The position numbers and the translations under genes are program-made. A stretch of DNA of 39,270 nt from a virus. Lineage: Duplodnaviria > Caudoviricetes. The stretch spans positions 1 to 39,270 of the IMG/VR virus record IMGVR_UViG_3300011337_000487; one strand, 5' to 3'. The notes beneath the pieces were generated by a model, which saw only the letters and a program-made list of their open reading frames with translations, was not told the origin of the DNA and did not search any database. Of this stretch, positions 34,935 to 39,270 are shown in pieces. How positions within the stretch are numbered: the stretch's first letter is position 1; each line of letters opens with the position of its first letter.

Positions 34935-36176
34935 CTATCCTGTAATAATGCCGGTAACGCCTTGTATCTGTTGAACGGTGCGCCATGCAAAGATGTGCCC
35001 CCGTCTGCTCCCAAATGGATTTGTCGCATCGTTGGGTTGTGCGTATGTTTCATTCGTCGAACCAAGCCGCATGACGTCTAATTGCCATTCGCCAAGCTCC
35101 TTGTTTGCCGATGTACATGCACATACCGGGCGGGCTAACTCTGCGGCGGCAAGTCGTGCAATAACAATGTCAAGGTTTTGACTATCATTGCCCGCATAGT
35201 ACCGAAACGTTACCCGATCGGGTGGGCGACACTCTGAAAAACCAGTGAGCCCCGACCACTCCCCCGTACTTGCATTGTAGACACTTTCACCGGTGTATAC
35301 AATACCCTGATTTGCATCACGGATATTTGCCCGGGCTGGGGCATAGGCAAGCTCGGCAGGGTCGCCCGTGGCGTTGTTGAATGTCCACACGGTCGCCCAT
35401 GGCGGGAATGGCCGTGTTTCCCATATCATGACCGCTTGCGCCGTGTCTAACGTGGTGCCCGTATCGTCGCAATACCGCCGTGATACGTTGACGGTCGCAG
35501 CCAGCGGACTCCCGGCGGTTGGTGGTAACACACTAGGGTCGAGTTGCACCGGGCGAGGGACGGTATAGAGGATAGGCCGCACTAGTGTGGGGGTGTTGAA
35601 TAGGATTGTGGCGGTGGTACCGACAATGCTCACACTTCGCGGGGTGATGATATTCGCCCCTACATCATCGTACACATAGTCAGCCGCAACAAACGTACAG
35701 TAGACCTCACTTGCCAGCGTGCCAGCCGGTACCGTAGCAATAGCGCGGGCTGTTTCAAACAACCCGTCGCCATCCAAATCAAGATAGGTGAGTGTTGGGG
35801 TTACGGGCGTGGTGATATGCTCATACCCCATTTTTTTGATATACCGGTCGGGCAATTGAAACCCCATCCAGTGCCCGGTATAGTCTGACCCCGTGTACCG
35901 CGTCAACGCTTGATTGCCAAGCCGTGGATAGGGCAGCGTTACGGTGCGAAATGTAGGAGACGGGTAAAAATGCGCATACTCAAAGAAGAGGTCTTCGGCC
36001 CGTTCGATTGACCGGCGTATATCCTGACGTCCGGCACGATCAGCAACCTGCCACGCATACTCGTATGTCACGTCTGGGCATTGTGATGTGACGGGTATCA
36101 TTGCATTGGCCAATTGATATTTGTGCCATGGGTGCATACCCATAATTTGAAACCACTTATACAACGGTAACGTCAT
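34935..36176 (-). CDS. Virion structural protein (putative head-tail connector)
   Basis: Start MTLPLYKW at 36176 (ATGA overlap). Ends with FRYYAG...IARLAAAEL...NPFG, resembling adaptor C-termini. Confidence 0.55.
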   Translation of the reverse strand: MTLPLYKWFQIMGMHPWHKYQLANAMIPVTSQCPDVTYEYAWQVADRAGRQDIRRSIERAEDLFFEYAHFYPSPTFRTVTLPYPRLGNQALTRYTGSDYTGHWMGFQLPDRYIKKMGYEHITTPVTPTLTYLDLDGDGLFETARAIATVPAGTLASEVYCTFVAADYVYDDVGANIITPRSVSIVGTTATILFNTPTLVRPILYTVPRPVQLDPSVLPPTAGSPLAATVNVSRRYCDDTGTTLDTAQAVMIWETRPFPPWATVWTFNNATGDPAELAYAPARANIRDANQGIVYTGESVYNASTGEWSGLTGFSECRPPDRVTFRYYAGNDSQNLDIVIARLAAAELARPVCACTSANKELGEWQLDVMRLGSTNETYAQPNDATNPFGSRRGHIFAWRTVQQIQGVTGIITG

Positions 36177-36436
36177 GGGATGCTCCTTACGGCATACGCA
36201 ACGATGCCCGCACACGCCAGCAGGTGATAGTCACCAAACGCCACCGCCACCGCCACCGATAGCCAAAACGATACACAGATAGCGCACGTAGCCCCCACGG
36301 TTACCCAATGCGTAGCCCCAAACACTTGGGCAATGATGGTGCGATACCATGTGAACACCTCGAACGGCCCGTCCATTACCGTAATATCGGTCGCAACACG
36401 GTATATGATGGCGCTCCACACAATGATTGTTACCAT
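36173..36436 (-). CDS. DUF1360-like membrane protein
   Basis: YRVATDIT..DGPF...CAICVSFW motif and TM segments. Confidence 0.65.
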   Translation of the reverse strand: MVTIIVWSAIIYRVATDITVMDGPFEVFTWYRTIIAQVFGATHWVTVGATCAICVSFWLSVAVAVAFGDYHLLACAGIVAYAVRSIP

Positions 36437-37089
36437 GCTGTCCAATTCGATGCCTTTCGCCGCTCAAACAGATTGCCGTCACGACTAAACAACAGGCTGC
36501 CTTCCTCATAGGTGGCGTCATAGTTTTGTGCGGCGCCAATCATGGGGTGATTGTGGTACAGGATTGCATAGGGTGATTTGTACCAGATGCCCTCTTGTTT
36601 GGCACGGGTCACAATCTCATTGTCGCCAAAGTTATGGTCATACCACACCGGCCAGCCACCCCACCGGCGGATTACGCGCATTGATACAAGCCAGTGGCAC
36701 GCATGCTCATCGCCGTACCCATCGCCATTGAACCCAATTACCGCATCACGGTTTACCCGTGTATGGTAGTCGTAGTCACGGTGCGCTCGTGCGAGCCAAC
36801 CGGCCACGGGTAACAAATCATTTGCCACAGTGGCTACCAACACATTATCATCAAGCGCTTGGGTTGCCATGCTGAGTGCTTGCCAGTACGACAAGCGCGG
36901 TACATCGGCAATGATTGATGTCACGTGCGCTACTTCTGTAACGACCGCCTGTATCGTGTCTATATCGTCACGACCACTAACGGCGATGTAGCGCGCTGGG
37001 GTGTTGGCCGTTGCCCATAAGCGCCGAAACGCGTCAACGGTTTGGGTTGTGCGCCCACGTACAGGCATAACCACGACAATGTCAGCCAC
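36430..37089 (-). CDS. Glycosyltransferase family 2
   Basis: VVVMPVRGR, degenerate DxD (ANDLL), GGW...FGDNE and HNHP. Confidence 0.75.
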   Translation of the reverse strand: MADIVVVMPVRGRTTQTVDAFRRLWATANTPARYIAVSGRDDIDTIQAVVTEVAHVTSIIADVPRLSYWQALSMATQALDDNVLVATVANDLLPVAGWLARAHRDYDYHTRVNRDAVIGFNGDGYGDEHACHWLVSMRVIRRWGGWPVWYDHNFGDNEIVTRAKQEGIWYKSPYAILYHNHPMIGAAQNYDATYEEGSLLFSRDGNLFERRKASNWTAW

Positions 37090-38302
37090 GGCGCCCCCGC
37101 TTGACGGGTTGTTCGGGTGGTGTAGATAGTTGCGCCGCTACTTGTGGCATAACGGCTCCAAGCTCCGCCATAAACGCCGCCACGGCCGCAGGGTCGGGGT
37201 TGGTGTGAGATTGTGCTACCTCGGCGTTTATCGTCGCTTGTGGGGCTTCCTGTGCGGGCGGTGGGGCTTCCTGTGTAATCGGGGTGATTGCGGTCAGTGG
37301 TTGCGCTTGAACACTTGCCGGATTATATACGGGTGGGTTGGTGTACTCGGGCATCGGCATCACCCGGCGGAACGTTCCCATGGATAGCAGATAATCAACA
37401 TCTTCGAGCGGCACGCTGATATGACGCACCGACGCATTACGCCCGGCCTTGTACGTACGCCCGCTGTCGGGGTGCCGTAGCATAAATGCGCCTTGCATCG
37501 GTCCGATATATTCCAAAATTGCACTACCATCGGTAGCGGTAGGGATTGCGGGCAATGAATTAACGACCCCGGTCGCAACCCGTCGGTCACTCCCGCCACC
37601 ACAACACTTTGCCATTTTGATTGCTCCTTCTGCATTACGGTACGGCTTTACGACTTGCGCCATAAGCTCCGCACCCCCAGCGACGTCGATTACATGATTG
37701 ATGCTATGGGTGTACTCATACACAAATACCGGGCCTACGACAAACTCACCACAGTACCCGGCAATGGCAAGCCGTAGCCACAACGTCCAATCCTCCCACC
37801 CTGGCGCAAGCTCATCGAACCCGCCCACGGCCATTACTCCTGCACGGGGCACGAGTGCCGTGATTGGGTGGAGGTTAAACACTTCCATGCGCTCTTGGTT
37901 GTAATCAGGTGGGCGCATGTGCTTACGATCAACGTAGTGGCTGCTATAGGTGTAATACGCATTGTGGCTTACCTGACCCCGTAGCATGATTTCTAGCGCG
38001 GTCGGCAAAAGGTAATCATCGGCATCAAGAAATACGAGGTATTCACCCCGTGCATGCCTAATACCGTGATTGCGTGCCACGGCGGCACGGTTGCCTACTT
38101 GCTCGCCATAGGGTATATATCGGTTCGGGCTGTCAATCGTGATAATCCGTGCATCGTCATACACGGCAAAGTCTTGACCGCCGTCATTGATAAGAATGAC
38201 CTCGAATTGCCCCACGGTTTGCCACAGACACGACGCTACCGCCGTGCTTACATACTGGTGATGTTTTGCCCCAACGGGAATGATGATACTTACTGCAATC
38301 AT
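37082..38302 (-). CDS. Glycosyltransferase family 2 with an extra C-terminal domain
   Basis: VSIIIPV, EVILINDG, ARNHG...FLDADD and GGFDE...WEDW. Confidence 0.9.
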   Translation of the reverse strand: MIAVSIIIPVGAKHHQYVSTAVASCLWQTVGQFEVILINDGGQDFAVYDDARIITIDSPNRYIPYGEQVGNRAAVARNHGIRHARGEYLVFLDADDYLLPTALEIMLRGQVSHNAYYTYSSHYVDRKHMRPPDYNQERMEVFNLHPITALVPRAGVMAVGGFDELAPGWEDWTLWLRLAIAGYCGEFVVGPVFVYEYTHSINHVIDVAGGAELMAQVVKPYRNAEGAIKMAKCCGGGSDRRVATGVVNSLPAIPTATDGSAILEYIGPMQGAFMLRHPDSGRTYKAGRNASVRHISVPLEDVDYLLSMGTFRRVMPMPEYTNPPVYNPASVQAQPLTAITPITQEAPPPAQEAPQATINAEVAQSHTNPDPAAVAAFMAELGAVMPQVAAQLSTPPEQPVKRGRRG

Positions 38303-38343
38303 GAGTAATAGCGCCGATGCTCCCGGCGCTACCCCCTTTCAGA

Positions 38344-39270
38344 TTATGACGCCCAGTTTGAGTAGAACGACGCACCGGGGAACGAGGTGTTACCACCGTC
38401 TTGGAAGAACGAGGTGCCGGGTTCGTAGTCGCGCTCATGAATGTAGACGTTGTACCGAATGTTATCAATACGGGCGGCGAGGAACGGCGTTCGCATCACC
38501 AGACGCTTACGGGTGCGCATGAGTACCTGCCGACAGAATGATTGCGGGCTGAGTAACATCATGGCAAATCGACCGTCGCCCGACACTTTGTAGATTTGGT
38601 CAGGTGCCATATCGCCAAGCGCCGATTGCATGCCGTACGGCCCGCGATAGTCGAAGTACTCCATGTAGGACAGCATGCCGTTGGTCTCACTGAATGAGCC
38701 AGGGGCGGCAAGTGGTACGAGGTATGCACTGGATTGGAAGTTCCCGGCGCCCACGTTCAACTCTTCCATGCTATTGTCGATGATGACCGGCACTTGGGTA
38801 CCGTCGATGAGCAGGTATTGACCGGCGCGCATGGCGTCACGCATTGCTACTTGGGTATTGGTATCGACAAACGCGGTGGCGTTGCCCGTTGGTGAGGCGG
38901 CGTAACAACGGTACGTGTAGTACGCACATGGCCACACTTCAGTGAGTGCGAGGAACAGCTGGCGACGCATCACCCAGGCATGCACCACAGGCCCGAATTG
39001 GATTTGCTCGGCAAGTAATCGGCGGTCGCGGGTGGCTTCCACGAAGTTGCGTACAATCGTCACGGCGTTGTTCTGTACAATCCCGTTGCCAAACGACAGT
39101 ACCAAACTGTCGGCAGCCGAACAGGTCGTACCGCTGATGGCGTCACGATAGCCGGTGTTGATGATTTTGTTGAGCCCGTTGTACTCGATATAGCCACCAC
39201 TTGACCCGGCCGTATTGGTGGGGTTGCCCGTCCACACAAGGTCGGCATACCGGCGTTTGAAGTCGTTGGC
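38344..39270 (-). CDS. Major capsid protein, 3' part
   Basis: The frame is open from the window end and continuous with 1..682 through the 127-bp overlap. Confidence 0.85.
   Translation of the reverse strand, partial: ANDFKRRYADLVWTGNPTNTAGSSGGYIEYNGLNKIINTGYRDAISGTTCSAADSLVLSFGNGIVQNNAVTIVRNFVEATRDRRLLAEQIQFGPVVHAWVMRRQLFLALTEVWPCAYYTYRCYAASPTGNATAFVDTNTQVAMRDAMRAGQYLLIDGTQVPVIIDNSMEELNVGAGNFQSSAYLVPLAAPGSFSETNGMLSYMEYFDYRGPYGMQSALGDMAPDQIYKVSGDGRFAMMLLSPQSFCRQVLMRTRKRLVMRTPFLAARIDNIRYNVYIHERDYEPGTSFFQDGGNTSFPGASFYSNWAS
39144..39270. repeat. Terminal direct repeat (assembly overlap), right copy
   Basis: Identical to bases 1-127. Confidence 0.97.

Overview
The window is a complete, circularly assembled genome of a tailed dsDNA phage with siphovirus-like gene content. 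It has 39,143 unique bp, because bases 1-127 repeat exactly at 39144-39270, and the join falls inside the major capsid gene. Almost all genes lie on the minus strand, in this order: an early/middle cluster of small genes (21261 to 15084); lysis genes, a SAM methyltransferase, TerS, dCTP deaminase and a DNA MTase; TerL, portal, MuF-like and gp10-like proteins; two modular proteins of 613 and 811 aa; protease, scaffold and capsid; two GT2 glycosyltransferases; and the tail module. A plus-strand operon (21340-25117) carries a VRR-NUC nuclease, an RHH regulator, a lambda-O-like initiator with internal iterons and a DnaC-like loader. I saw no integrase, DNA polymerase, tRNA or CRISPR array. The main findings are: (1) a complete type II hammerhead ribozyme in the early operon; (2) two head-module proteins that look like protease-processed cargo polyproteins, one carrying a 66-aa, ~70% identical, repeat-flanked copy of the N-terminal domain of the first early gene; (3) a three-way-junction RNA whose loop matches the SD of the tail chaperone gene, which also has a +1-type frameshift; (4) glycosyltransferases next to the capsid gene. 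All family calls come from motif recognition by eye, not database searches.
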